A stretch of 64,000 nucleotides of DNA, from contig JAUXAB010000013.1 of assembly GCA_030615025.1 (NCBI GenBank), positions 3,655 through 67,654 of the forward strand, in the 5' to 3' direction. The notes below the pieces were generated by a model. The model made no database searches. It worked only from the letters and a program-made list of their open reading frames with translations, and had not been told where the DNA came from. Within the stretch, counting starts at the first letter, position 1, and each line of letters opens with the position of its first letter. Positions 39,446 through 48,501 of this stretch are shown here, piece by piece. The translations under genes and the position numbers were made by a program. The DNA is from Phycisphaerae bacterium (GTDB lineage: Bacteria; Planctomycetota; Phycisphaerae; Sedimentisphaerales; Anaerobacaceae).

Positions 39446-40828
39446 ATGTTGTGTAACAAACAAACAAAACAAAATCTGGCTATCTTGTTGATAGCCGCAG
39501 CGGTGCTGGCGTCAGGATTTGCCCTGACCGCCTGGGCCAAGAAGCCCGACAAGCCGCCCGGAGGCGGCAAGGAAGAACCTCGCTACACCATCGTTGACCT
39601 CGGTAATTTTGGGGGCTGGGCCGGCACCGCCTTTAGCATCAACGAATCCGGCCAGGTGGTTGGCCAGTCATATAATGCGGGCAACCTCCAGCGAGCGTTC
39701 CTGGTTACGCCGGAAGATAGCGATGGCGATGGTGTCCCGGATACCTGGTTCCGCGACGACAATAGTGACGGAATCAATGATTTGATGACCGACCTCGGAA
39801 CACTCGGGCTCGGGGGCAACAGTAGTGTCGCTTTGGGAATCAACGACCTCGGGCAAGTGGTCGGTTACTCCTCCGTTTATGTGAATGGAATATATCGTCA
39901 GCATGCCTTCCTCCTGACCCCGGAAGATTGCGATGGCGATGGTGTCCCGGATACCTGGTTTCGCGACGACGGTCAGGGCGGCAATGCTCTTATGATTGAC
40001 CTGGGGACTGTCGGGGGCGACAACAGCAAAGCGTACGGCATCAGCAATTCAGGATACGTGGTCGGCTATGTACCCTGGGGAGCCAACGCCATTCAGGGGG
40101 ATGCATTCATCATCGTGCCGGAAGATACTGATGGCGATGGTGTCCCGGACACCTGGTTCCGCGACGATGACGGTGACGGATACAACGATTTGATGATCAA
40201 ACTGACGACGCTCGGGGTCAGCCAGGCCCACGGCGTCAACGACTCCGGGCAGGTGGTCGGGTGGTCATCTGAATACAGCTACCTAAGGGGTCGAGCATTC
40301 CTCGTTACGCCGGATGATGTTGATGGCGACGGAGATCTCGACTGGTTCGCTGACATGGACGAAGACGGAATCAATGACCTAATGATCGAACTGGGCCCCT
40401 TCCGTGGTGACACCGGTTGCCGTGCTGAGGCGATCAACTCTATCAGCTCTGGTAAGGTGCAGGTGGTCGGGTCGTCATGGTTCATGGGAAGCTCGGTGAG
40501 CAGTGGGTGGCACGGCGTCCGGTGGGAGGTTGATGAGTTGGGCAACGTTACGCTCACTGACCTGGGCCACGTGTATCCTACGGACATCAATGACAAAGGC
40601 CAGGTGGTCGGATACTGGGGCTCAGGATCGCTTAAGCGTAGGCACTACACCGCGTTGCTCTGGGAAAATGGAACGATGACTAAACTTAAAGACCTGCTCG
40701 CAAACAGCGAAGGGATTGGTTACCTTACCGCATTCGGTATCAACGAGTACGGTGAGATTGTAGGCACCATCTATGGTGACGATTATCGGCACGCCTACAT
40801 TGCCCTTCCAATTCCTGCTGCCCCGTAG
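39446..40828 (+). CDS. Secreted HAF-family extracellular-repeat protein with thrombospondin-type-3-like DxDxDG motifs
   Basis: The ATG at 39446 follows AGGAG and gives the signal peptide MLCNKQTKQNLAILLIAAAVLASGFALTAWA. Repeats GGNSSVALGINDLGQVVGYSS...HAFLLTPEDCDGDGVPDTWFRDD occur four times, with near-identical DNA for the DGDGVPDTWFRDD segments. Confidence 0.8.
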   Translation: MLCNKQTKQNLAILLIAAAVLASGFALTAWAKKPDKPPGGGKEEPRYTIVDLGNFGGWAGTAFSINESGQVVGQSYNAGNLQRAFLVTPEDSDGDGVPDTWFRDDNSDGINDLMTDLGTLGLGGNSSVALGINDLGQVVGYSSVYVNGIYRQHAFLLTPEDCDGDGVPDTWFRDDGQGGNALMIDLGTVGGDNSKAYGISNSGYVVGYVPWGANAIQGDAFIIVPEDTDGDGVPDTWFRDDDGDGYNDLMIKLTTLGVSQAHGVNDSGQVVGWSSEYSYLRGRAFLVTPDDVDGDGDLDWFADMDEDGINDLMIELGPFRGDTGCRAEAINSISSGKVQVVGSSWFMGSSVSSGWHGVRWEVDELGNVTLTDLGHVYPTDINDKGQVVGYWGSGSLKRRHYTALLWENGTMTKLKDLLANSEGIGYLTAFGINEYGEIVGTIYGDDYRHAYIALPIPAAP

Positions 40829-41169
40829 AGCAGCCAATGTCGGCAACGGCGAGTCGTGCTGAGCTGAGAGATTAACAATCGGCCGGTGGGTTGGTTCGGC
40901 CAGACCGAACCCTCACCGGCCACATCCTACGGATAACTGGTTTGCGCACCCGCCTTAAAAGCTAAAAGTTCAAAACTAAAAACTGTCGAATTTAGGGTTC
41001 GGCAACTTTTCCCGAAAGACACAGGCCAGCAGACATCCGGTAATGAGACCGGAGCTTTCCCGAAAAAAATGGGCTTTCAGTCCAGTCACTACACCTTTTT
41101 GACGCCCATGCCATCGAGCATCCCCGGTGTCCTTGCCTTTATGCCGGGGATTTAGATTACAGCTTTTTC

Positions 41170-42111
41170 TCACGCTCGCCACGGGCGTTCTCTGCTTATG
41201 TTTTTTAATATATTTTTTGTAATAATTACATCTTCTCGAATCTGAAAATCAAACATTCCCACACAAACAAAATCGGCTCCATTTTCAAAAGCATACTTAA
41301 AACCTTCTCTGGGATGGGTAACCCCTGCACCTAAAACCTTATAAGCAATCCACGGCTTCTTCACTTCCTTCATGAATTCGATAGTCCGTTGCGGGGTAGC
41401 ACAGTTATAATTCACATTATTTAAGGTCTTGAAATAAAAATCGGGCTCTATTCCCTCTTTTTCGCACGTCGTAGGCACGTCTATTGAATGCCCCCCAACG
41501 CCTGCGATTAATCCATTTTTTTTGATAAAGTCGACAACCTTTCCGAGCAGGTCAACACGACCATCTTTGACAAAACTATCTCCAACGCCGCCCTGTATAA
41601 AAGCTCCAACAGCTCCATTATCGACGGCCTTTTTTATACTGCTTGTCAGGTCATTTACTCTCGGGTTGGTTTGTGCAATCCACTGAATTCGGCCACCCCT
41701 TTCGTTCCAATATTTGTTGAGGATTCTAACTGTATTCTCAACCATATTATCGCCTGCACCGCCACGCACATTTGCTATGGCGGTATTTACCCCGTTTTCT
41801 TCGCTTATCTCGTAAGTTTCAATGACTTTTTCATCGGTAAAATAGTGCTTTAATAATTCTGATACGTAGACTAAATCTCTGCTGTGTGCATAGCCGTTGG
41901 TTAGATTGCCGCCGCAGATTAACCTGCTGATTTTAACATTGCCGATTTTACCCATCGGCATACCTTTAACAGAATCGGCTGGCGCGGCAGCGCGAGGCTT
42001 TTTCGTTGCTGCCAATAGAGCTTTTTCCTCAAGACTCAAAGCCGACGTAACTGCTGCGGAAGTAACGATGGATTTTTTCAAAAACTGGCGGCGATTCAGG
42101 CATTTCGACAT
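41170..42111 (-). CDS. Tat-signal protein of unknown function (possible TIM-barrel enzyme)
   Basis: Twin-arginine motif NRRQFLKKSIVTSAAVTSALS. SD GAGAGG before the ATG. The segment MPMGKIGNVKISRLICGG weakly recalls aldo/keto-reductase N-termini, but I cannot assign a family. Confidence 0.6.
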   Translation of the reverse strand: MSKCLNRRQFLKKSIVTSAAVTSALSLEEKALLAATKKPRAAAPADSVKGMPMGKIGNVKISRLICGGNLTNGYAHSRDLVYVSELLKHYFTDEKVIETYEISEENGVNTAIANVRGGAGDNMVENTVRILNKYWNERGGRIQWIAQTNPRVNDLTSSIKKAVDNGAVGAFIQGGVGDSFVKDGRVDLLGKVVDFIKKNGLIAGVGGHSIDVPTTCEKEGIEPDFYFKTLNNVNYNCATPQRTIEFMKEVKKPWIAYKVLGAGVTHPREGFKYAFENGADFVCVGMFDFQIREDVIITKNILKNISRERPWRA

Positions 42112-42589
42112 TTTTGACCTCTCTTTAATTATGGTTCAAAAGTTTTTTTGGTAGTCATGCCCGCGATTCCAAGCCAAAAGTAGTAATATTAAGCGAATTG
42201 TAGAAATTTTCAATAATTTTGGCAAATTTGCCGAAATTTTATTTGGCAGGGAATTTACTTTGTGCTAATATTAGGGATAGAAATAGGTAGGTTTGAAAAG
42301 TCTATTATTATAATTTAAGCCGTCATCATATTCGATTTGTATCTCATATCCTTAACCTGCCTGCCAAAAAGAGGTTCTTTGCAGCGCGGCTTGGTTTCGT
42401 ATCCGGAGTTTCTCGACAGTTTACTTGACTGTGACGTTCAAAAGTCATATACTTCGTCCGGCTTAAGTGACTTTGCCGGAGGCGTAAGTGATGTCAAAAG
42501 GCCGTTCTATTACCGTAATTTCGCCAAATTACCAGCAGATAGCGGTGTGCGCAGTGTGAAATATTAACAATTTTTGAAAGGGTGAAACA

Positions 42590-44860
42590 ATGAAAACGAC
42601 AAAAATGTCAACAATTTTGGTTTTGGGCCTTGTGGTCTGGCCGGCATCAATGGCCTGCGGGGATATATCTCTGACGGTGAACAACCAGCCGCTGAATTCG
42701 GTTACCCTGAAGCTGGGCCAGTCGTACAGTGTTGAAGTCGTGTCAGCCGACAATAAGTCCTACGTGGCGTATGTCGGCTTTGATTATGGTCTGATCCTCG
42801 GCAGTTTTTCACATCTCGAGACTAAGCCGGAAGCCGGTAACTTTGCCACTGCAGCAGAATATGTGCCACCGACTTTCTACGGCTACTATCTTAACGCTGC
42901 CGGGTTTAGTCCCGTGCCATCTGCCGGAGTTCATTTTGTCTTCGAATACGTGGTGCAACAAGTTGGTGAAACCGATGTGAAACTTTATGATGAGACTCTT
43001 ACATCGGTGATAGATTCGGTACACATCACGGTTATCGCTGCGCCAATGCGGACTGGCTTTACTTACCAGGGCCGGCTGATGGACGCCAACAGGCCGGCAG
43101 ATGGCCTCTATGACTTCCAGTTCAAGCCCTACGATAGTCCTGACCCCGTGTTTGCCATGCAGTTGAGAAGCACGATTGACATAGATGACCTTGATGTCAT
43201 AGACGGCTACTTTACGGTGGAACTGAATTTTGGCAGTGATGTGTTCGACGGCGATGCACGCTGGCTGGAGATTGGCGTTCGGCCGGGGGACAGCACCGGC
43301 AGCTTTACCACCCTCAGTCCGCGGATAGAGATAACACCCGTACCATACGCACTGCAAACGCGTGGGATATTTGTAGACAATATCGGCAATGTCGGCATCG
43401 GGACGACAAGCCCTGAAAAGAAGTTGCACGTAGACGGGCAGTCGAGGTTTTCTGGAACGCAATCGGCTTTTGAGATCAACGCGGATACAACGGCGAATAC
43501 TGTGCAGTTCTTTGCGGACGGGACAGATAAGTTGTATTTCGGAAGCAAGATGGGGTCGAGTTTCATTTACTTCGACGGTGACGCACTCTGCGGGATTGGA
43601 GATTTCAGCCCGGATGCAAAATTTGAGGTCAGCGCTGACGGCGGCACCTCAGATCTGTTCATGCTTTCGAGCGACGACGAGAACGACGGGGATCTGTTTA
43701 CTGTTAAAAACGCCGGCAACGTCGGCATCGGCACCACCAGTCCCGGTGCAAAGCTCCACGTAACCACTTCTGATGTCAACGCTGTCCGCGGCGAGGCCAC
43801 TGGAACCGGCAATGTCACCAACTATGGCGGATACTTTCAGGCCGCAGGCATGGGGGGCCGGGGCGTCTACGGCGCAGCTACCAGTACAGAAGCAGGTGCC
43901 GCCAACTACGGCGGCTTCTTTGAGGCCGCCGGCAGCAATGGCCGGGGCGTCTACGGGTATGCCACGGGCAGCTCCGCCTGGGGCAACTACGGCGCGGCTA
44001 CGAGTACGGAAGTGGGTGCCCTCACCTACGGCGGCTACTTTGAGGCCGCCGGCAGCAATGGCCGGGGCGTCTACGGCTGTGCCAGTAATACGGGCGATCA
44101 CCGCAGCTACGGCGGTTACTTTGAGGCCAGAGGCACGCAGGGCCGGGGCGTCTACGGCGCGGCTACGAGTACGGAAGTGGGTGCCCTCACCTCCGGCGGC
44201 TACTTTACAGCAGCAGGCGACACAGGCTTGGGCGTCTACGGCTGTGCCAGTAATATGGGCGATTACCGCAACTACGGCGGCTACTTTGAGGCCGCCGGCA
44301 AATATGGCCGGGGCGCCTACGGGTATGCCACAGGCAGCAATGGCCGGGGCGTCTGTGGTGAGGCCGCGGGCGAACGTGGCTCCGGCGGCTACTTTGTCGC
44401 ACGTGGCAGCGATGGCTACGGCATGTACAGCGTGGCCATAGGCAGCTATAGCACAGCCGTCTATGGCTGGGGACAACAATATGACTTTTATGCCGCAGGC
44501 GATGGGATTAATTATGGCTCACCTTCTTCTATCCGTTGGAAGAGCGACATTCGCCCCATCGACGACCCGCTGAACAAGGTCATGAGTTTGCGGGGCGTCT
44601 ACTTTAATTGGGACGCCGAGCACGGCGGAGAGCACGATGTGGGTATGATCGCCGAAGAGGTCGGAGAGGTGCTGCCGGAGATAGTGGAGTACGAAGCGGA
44701 CGGCAAATATACCAGCGGCATGGACTATAGCAAGCTGACGCCGCTTCTTGTCGAAGCCGTCAAGGAACTTAAGGGAGAAAATGACAGATTGAAAGAAAGA
44801 GTGGAAGCTCTGGAAAGAACGATACACCAGCTTGCAAAAGTGAAGGAGTTAGAGCTATGA
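42590..44860 (+). CDS. Secreted tail-fibre-like protein with Gly-rich repeats and C-terminal S74 intramolecular-chaperone domain (cassette 1, large gene)
   Basis: Signal peptide MKTTKMSTILVLGLVVWPASMA. FTYQGRL...ARWLEIGVRPGD...ITPVPYAL module. NVGIGTTSP..KLHV motifs, twice. GRGVYG repeats. C-terminus SSIRWKSDIRPIDDPLNKVMSLRGVYFNWD...GMIAEEVGEVLPEIV...MDYSKLTPLLVEAVKEL. Confidence 0.85.
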   Translation: MKTTKMSTILVLGLVVWPASMACGDISLTVNNQPLNSVTLKLGQSYSVEVVSADNKSYVAYVGFDYGLILGSFSHLETKPEAGNFATAAEYVPPTFYGYYLNAAGFSPVPSAGVHFVFEYVVQQVGETDVKLYDETLTSVIDSVHITVIAAPMRTGFTYQGRLMDANRPADGLYDFQFKPYDSPDPVFAMQLRSTIDIDDLDVIDGYFTVELNFGSDVFDGDARWLEIGVRPGDSTGSFTTLSPRIEITPVPYALQTRGIFVDNIGNVGIGTTSPEKKLHVDGQSRFSGTQSAFEINADTTANTVQFFADGTDKLYFGSKMGSSFIYFDGDALCGIGDFSPDAKFEVSADGGTSDLFMLSSDDENDGDLFTVKNAGNVGIGTTSPGAKLHVTTSDVNAVRGEATGTGNVTNYGGYFQAAGMGGRGVYGAATSTEAGAANYGGFFEAAGSNGRGVYGYATGSSAWGNYGAATSTEVGALTYGGYFEAAGSNGRGVYGCASNTGDHRSYGGYFEARGTQGRGVYGAATSTEVGALTSGGYFTAAGDTGLGVYGCASNMGDYRNYGGYFEAAGKYGRGAYGYATGSNGRGVCGEAAGERGSGGYFVARGSDGYGMYSVAIGSYSTAVYGWGQQYDFYAAGDGINYGSPSSIRWKSDIRPIDDPLNKVMSLRGVYFNWDAEHGGEHDVGMIAEEVGEVLPEIVEYEADGKYTSGMDYSKLTPLLVEAVKELKGENDRLKERVEALERTIHQLAKVKELEL
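44520..44857 (+). other. Peptidase_S74-type intramolecular chaperone (auto-processing) domain
   Basis: Motif string as in phage endosialidase/tail-fibre chaperone domains: S-x-R-x-K-x-[DN]-I, GxIAqEV..vlPe, Y..L.p.L+.A+qeL, then a coiled coil. Confidence 0.75.
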
Positions 44861-45276
44861 GGCTTGACAAGGGCATTTTGACAAATATTGTACTCCCAGT
44901 TCTCACCATTTGTTTACTGCTGCTTTCACCTGCATCGGCCCAAACCGGCGGACACTATGAGTTGAGCTGGAGTACGATTGACGGCGGTGGTGGAGTAAGC
45001 AGTGGTGGGCAATACGAACTTGTCGGTACGATTGGTCAGCCGGATGCGGCCTGGAGCAGCGGCGGCAGCTATGAATTGCTCGGCGGCTTCTGGCCGGGTG
45101 GGCCCTTGTGTATAGTTTCTTTTGACGACTATGCAAGATTCGCTGAACTATGGCGTCTTGAGGGAACTGGTCTGCCGGCGGACCTGGACGGCAGCGGACA
45201 CGTAGACTTTGGCGACTTGGGTCAGTTTGCTGATTTATGGCTGCGCTGCTGCCCGACGGGCTGGCCGTTGAGGTGA
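44857..45276 (+). CDS. Small secreted GGxYEL-repeat protein with dockerin-like CPxGWPL tail (cassette 1, small gene)
   Basis: The ATGA overlap with the upstream stop suggests translational coupling. Hydrophobic N-terminus. GGHYELSWSTIDGGGGVSSGGQYELVGTIGQPDAAWSSGGSYELLGGFWPGGPLC, ending ...DLDGSGHVDFGDLGQFADLWLRCCPTGWPLR. Confidence 0.75.
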   Translation: MRLDKGILTNIVLPVLTICLLLLSPASAQTGGHYELSWSTIDGGGGVSSGGQYELVGTIGQPDAAWSSGGSYELLGGFWPGGPLCIVSFDDYARFAELWRLEGTGLPADLDGSGHVDFGDLGQFADLWLRCCPTGWPLR

Positions 45277-45394
45277 GAGTAAGAAAACCCGCAGTGAAAT
45301 TGCGAGCCCAATACAGAGATTCTTCGCGGAGTTTATCCTTGAGCGAAGTGAAGGGCCCACGATGACATTTTCGTATTGCGTTGGCTCATTGCTT

Positions 45395-46687
45395 TCACTT
45401 GCCAGAGGGCTTGATCTGTGCCTTCTCTTGCTCTGTGAACTTACTATTTGCGATAGGGCCGGGTTCCCAGCACTGCTCCAGCTTGCTCAGCTTTGGCTTT
45501 CGGACCGGAATGACAAAGACTTCCTGGCCGTCCGCATTCTTCTCTACCCGTCCGCCGGCGCGCTTGACCGCCTGCCGGACAAGTTTTTCGCACACATTGA
45601 CCAGCGTCGGGAAGTTGTACGGCGTATGGCTGAACTTGCCCTCCGGATTCAAAGCGGATTTGAACCTTTCAGGCAGATTCTTAAACCCCATCGTCGTAAA
45701 CAGCACACCACCGGAGTTCGATGGGTTGCAATCGGAGTCCTGTCCGCAGCGGGTCGAGATAATGATTGTTTTGTCCGGGTCTCCTTTACCGTACAACAGA
45801 CCCATCACGATGTAAGCCCCGTTGATTTTGGCGTCAATATTAAATTCGCCCTTCGGGCCGCTGCAGGAGAAGCGGCGATACGCTGGATTCAGGTGATACT
45901 TTTCGTTGATGAGCTGCCAGGTTTTCTCCCAGTCGTTCGGGTTCTGCTTGTACCACACAAGCACGTCACGGATACATTCAGCGTATTGGCTGTCCCGGGG
46001 GATGGATTTGAGAGCGGTGCGGACGATCCTTTCCATATCATTTTCAAAGAAGGCCTCGGCGTACATTGCGCCGACGAACTGACCGCCGTACACTCCGTCG
46101 CCGTAGTTCATCAGCCGGCCGAATTTTTCACCGAGCTCGATGACCACGTTCGGCAGACCCGGCGCAATCAGGCCCGAGTAGTCCGCCTCTATCTGGTAAT
46201 CGATGTCGTCGGCGTGCCTGTTAAACTTTGGGTGGCCCGAGTCCGGTGGAGCAATCCCTTTCCGCAAATTATCACGGCCATTCTTGTTGGCATGCCAGAG
46301 GTTGTAGCCGCTGTTGGCAAAGTCGATACCCGCCTGTCGGAGCGAACAATCCAGCCCATACTGCTCCAGCGTGTGTAGAAACGTCATTTCAACGTAGATA
46401 TCATCCTGCCCGAACTGGTTGATCATTTCCGGACGCCACTTTGGCATCTTGTCGGCAGGCATGATTACGCCTTTGTAGTGAAACTCGGTAGGTCCTCCCC
46501 AGCCTACGCCCGCCATTTGCCCGACCCAGCCTGCCTTCATCTTGTCCGCATAATCCTCGACGGTTATGCGGCGAGCGGCCGGACCGATACCAAGACCACG
46601 CAGCGCATCGCCCTGACAGCCGGCAACAAATACTAAGCCCAAGCTCACCACAGCCACCATCGCAGTTGTCAGGAAACCTTTAGCCAT
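45395..46687 (-). CDS. ADP-ribosylglycohydrolase-family lipoprotein
   Basis: The ATG at 46687 follows GGAGGTG. Lipobox LVFVAGCQG. ARH-family features DDIYVEMTFL and GQDSDCNPSNSGG. Confidence 0.75.
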   Translation of the reverse strand: MAKGFLTTAMVAVVSLGLVFVAGCQGDALRGLGIGPAARRITVEDYADKMKAGWVGQMAGVGWGGPTEFHYKGVIMPADKMPKWRPEMINQFGQDDIYVEMTFLHTLEQYGLDCSLRQAGIDFANSGYNLWHANKNGRDNLRKGIAPPDSGHPKFNRHADDIDYQIEADYSGLIAPGLPNVVIELGEKFGRLMNYGDGVYGGQFVGAMYAEAFFENDMERIVRTALKSIPRDSQYAECIRDVLVWYKQNPNDWEKTWQLINEKYHLNPAYRRFSCSGPKGEFNIDAKINGAYIVMGLLYGKGDPDKTIIISTRCGQDSDCNPSNSGGVLFTTMGFKNLPERFKSALNPEGKFSHTPYNFPTLVNVCEKLVRQAVKRAGGRVEKNADGQEVFVIPVRKPKLSKLEQCWEPGPIANSKFTEQEKAQIKPSGK

Positions 46688-46859
46688 TTTGCACCTCCAA
46701 AGCATTAACCTCTTTCAACAAAACATGACCGATTGACCAATTTAACAGATTGTTTTTGCGTATCGCATATATCATATTGGGTATATCGAATAAAGTAAAA
46801 AGTAAAAATAACATTAAAGAATTTGGGCCTGGCTCGGTGAATGAGGAGGCGTCGGGTTT

Positions 46860-47120
46860 GAAATTGGGTTTGATTGGCTTTGTATTGGGTTTGTTTTCAA
46901 AAAGTGCCCAATTTAACTTATTTTCATAATCCTTTGTTAAGAAAGTAGTTACGTTAATTTGGGCATTTAGCAAATTGGCTTTGATTGGGTTCGTTTGGGT
47001 TCGTATTGGGTTCGTTTTGGGTTCGTTTTTCCCGCGTCCACTAAGTGTCTTATTTTCATAATCCCCTGTTAATACTTTATTTACGTTCATCTTGACTTTT
47101 CGGAAATTGGGTTCGTTTTG
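46860..47120. repeat. Cluster of short TTGGGTTCGTT-type repeats with two copies of a TTTTCATAATCC element
   Basis: TGGGTTCGT occurs four times in tandem at 46986-47028, again at 47108-47116, with variants at 46863-46897. TTATTTTCATAATCC occurs at about 46919 and about 47050. Track ORF 46680..47282 (-) is built from these repeats. Confidence 0.6.
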
Positions 47121-47943
47121 CATAAAAAGGTTGATTTGTAGAGACATCTTTACAAGTGTAAAGATGCCGAAGGCACGTAAATAGTTCATTAATCGCGGAT
47201 TGCGCAGATTAAACAGATTTTTGGCCATTAATAAGCCTGCTACTACTACAAAACCATATAATTGTGTTGGCTGTATCATCATATTGGGTAAGGAGTTATA
47301 TAGTAGTTTGAAATCCGAAATCCTTAATTTTCAAAACAAAGGCTTCGGGATGACGGTCCCGAAATGAGGGCTGTAAAAAAAAGACGTCCCTCTATAATTG
47401 CACGAATGTGCGCGTTTGATTCGAAAAATGGCTTGTTTTTGACAGGATTTACAGGATTAACTTGTTGTGGGCAAAGCAGTTAAAATTTTTTTATTTTTTT
47501 CAGATTTGGCCGATTACTATGTGCGCTTTTGGTCGCGCATTTTACCTATTTTAACGCGACAGGAAGGCACAAAGAATATAGCCACAGAGGGCACTGAGAG
47601 AAAAAAGTTTATCAGGTAATCAGGTAAACAGGAAGTGGATATCAGGGGAACAGGATATCAGGAGTTTTGGCCGCGAAAAGGCACAAAATGCACAAAAGAG
47701 ACAAAAAAATGACCAAAAAAGTGCTTTATTAACCACAGATTTCACAGATTTTTAACCGCAGATTGCGCAGATTATTAAGGATTACAGGCGGTGGAAGACC
47801 CCCTTAGAGTGGAGGGCACTCTAAAAAAGGGGGCAAGCGGTTTTTTGGTTTTGACTTTTGGGGGTGTTGGGGGTCCGCCTGAGGCGGATAAATCCGCCAG
47901 AAGAAAGGCGGATAAATGTTTTGGGGTGGTAGGAGGGACTAAG

Positions 47944-48151
47944 TGGATCCCCGCCATATCAATGATTAAGGATAATTGATGATTGATTATTGTTGGAGAT
48001 TCTTCGCCTTAGTAAGGAATATCGAATATCGAACAAGGAATTTCGAATGATGAAGGGAGAAACGCTGGGTCCCTGCCATATCAATGATTAAGGATAATTG
48101 ATGATTGATTATTGTTGGAGATTCTTCGTCTTAGTAAGGAATATCGAATAT
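47944..48151. repeat. Tandem direct repeat: 86-nt unit, two copies, period 122 nt
   Basis: 47944-48029 and 48066-48151 differ at 3 of 86 positions. A partial third start (TGGATCCCTGCC) is at about 48226. Confidence 0.8.
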
Positions 48152-48281
48152 TCCTTCGACTCCGCTCAGGATAAACTCAGAAATAAAACCGCTGCAAGGA
48201 ATGTTGAAAATCGAAGTGAGAAATGCTGGATCCCTGCCTAATACATGCAGGGACTCGGGACTTAGAAAAGGCGGATTTTTG

Positions 48282-48310
48282 TTGACAATGGGATACTAAA
48301 GCCATATCAT
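48282..48310 (+). promoter_or_regulatory. Sigma70-like promoter candidate (TTGACA-17-TATCAT)
   Basis: Hexamers at 48282-48287 and 48305-48310, about 190 nt upstream of the cassette-2 large gene. Confidence 0.35.
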
Positions 48311-48501
48311 TATATTGATTTTAATGGTTTTGTGATAGGAAGAGCGGTGAAAAAAACGCGATTCTATTGTCTCAGTTCTGGGAATTTTTACGAAAAGGTA
48401 TCGGTGCGCACAGTGTGCACCGTCAACCATTAATAGTTCCCTGCTGGAGTTTATCCCGCACAAGGATGCGGGGCGGGGACAAGCTTTGAAAGGAGAAAAC
48501 A

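Noticed and set aside
43649-44479. 276-aa minus-strand ORF and 222-aa plus-strand alternate-frame ORF (43773..44441) inside cassette-1 large gene.
   Set aside because: They are Ala/Gly/Pro-rich shadows of the GC-rich GRGVYG repeat region. The annotated frame carries the recognisable tail-fibre and S74 motifs.
45362-46378. 338-aa plus-strand ORF (and 45381..45815) opposite the ADP-ribosylglycohydrolase gene.
   Set aside because: No recognisable motifs. The minus-strand frame has an SD, a lipobox and ARH-family motifs.
46680-47282. 200-aa minus-strand ORF (…NEPNFRKVKMNVNKVLTGDYENKT…NEPKTNPIRTQTNPIKANL…).
   Set aside because: Its sequence is produced by tandem and dispersed short DNA repeats (TGGGTTCGT runs, duplicated TTTTCATAATCC elements). 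It has the composition of a translated repeat rather than a protein.
47944-48151. Possible CRISPR arrays at the tandem repeats 47944-48151 and 62285-62507.
   Set aside because: There are only two copies each. The units are 86-108 nt long with 7-36 nt between them, so there is no repeat-spacer architecture. No cas genes are in the window.
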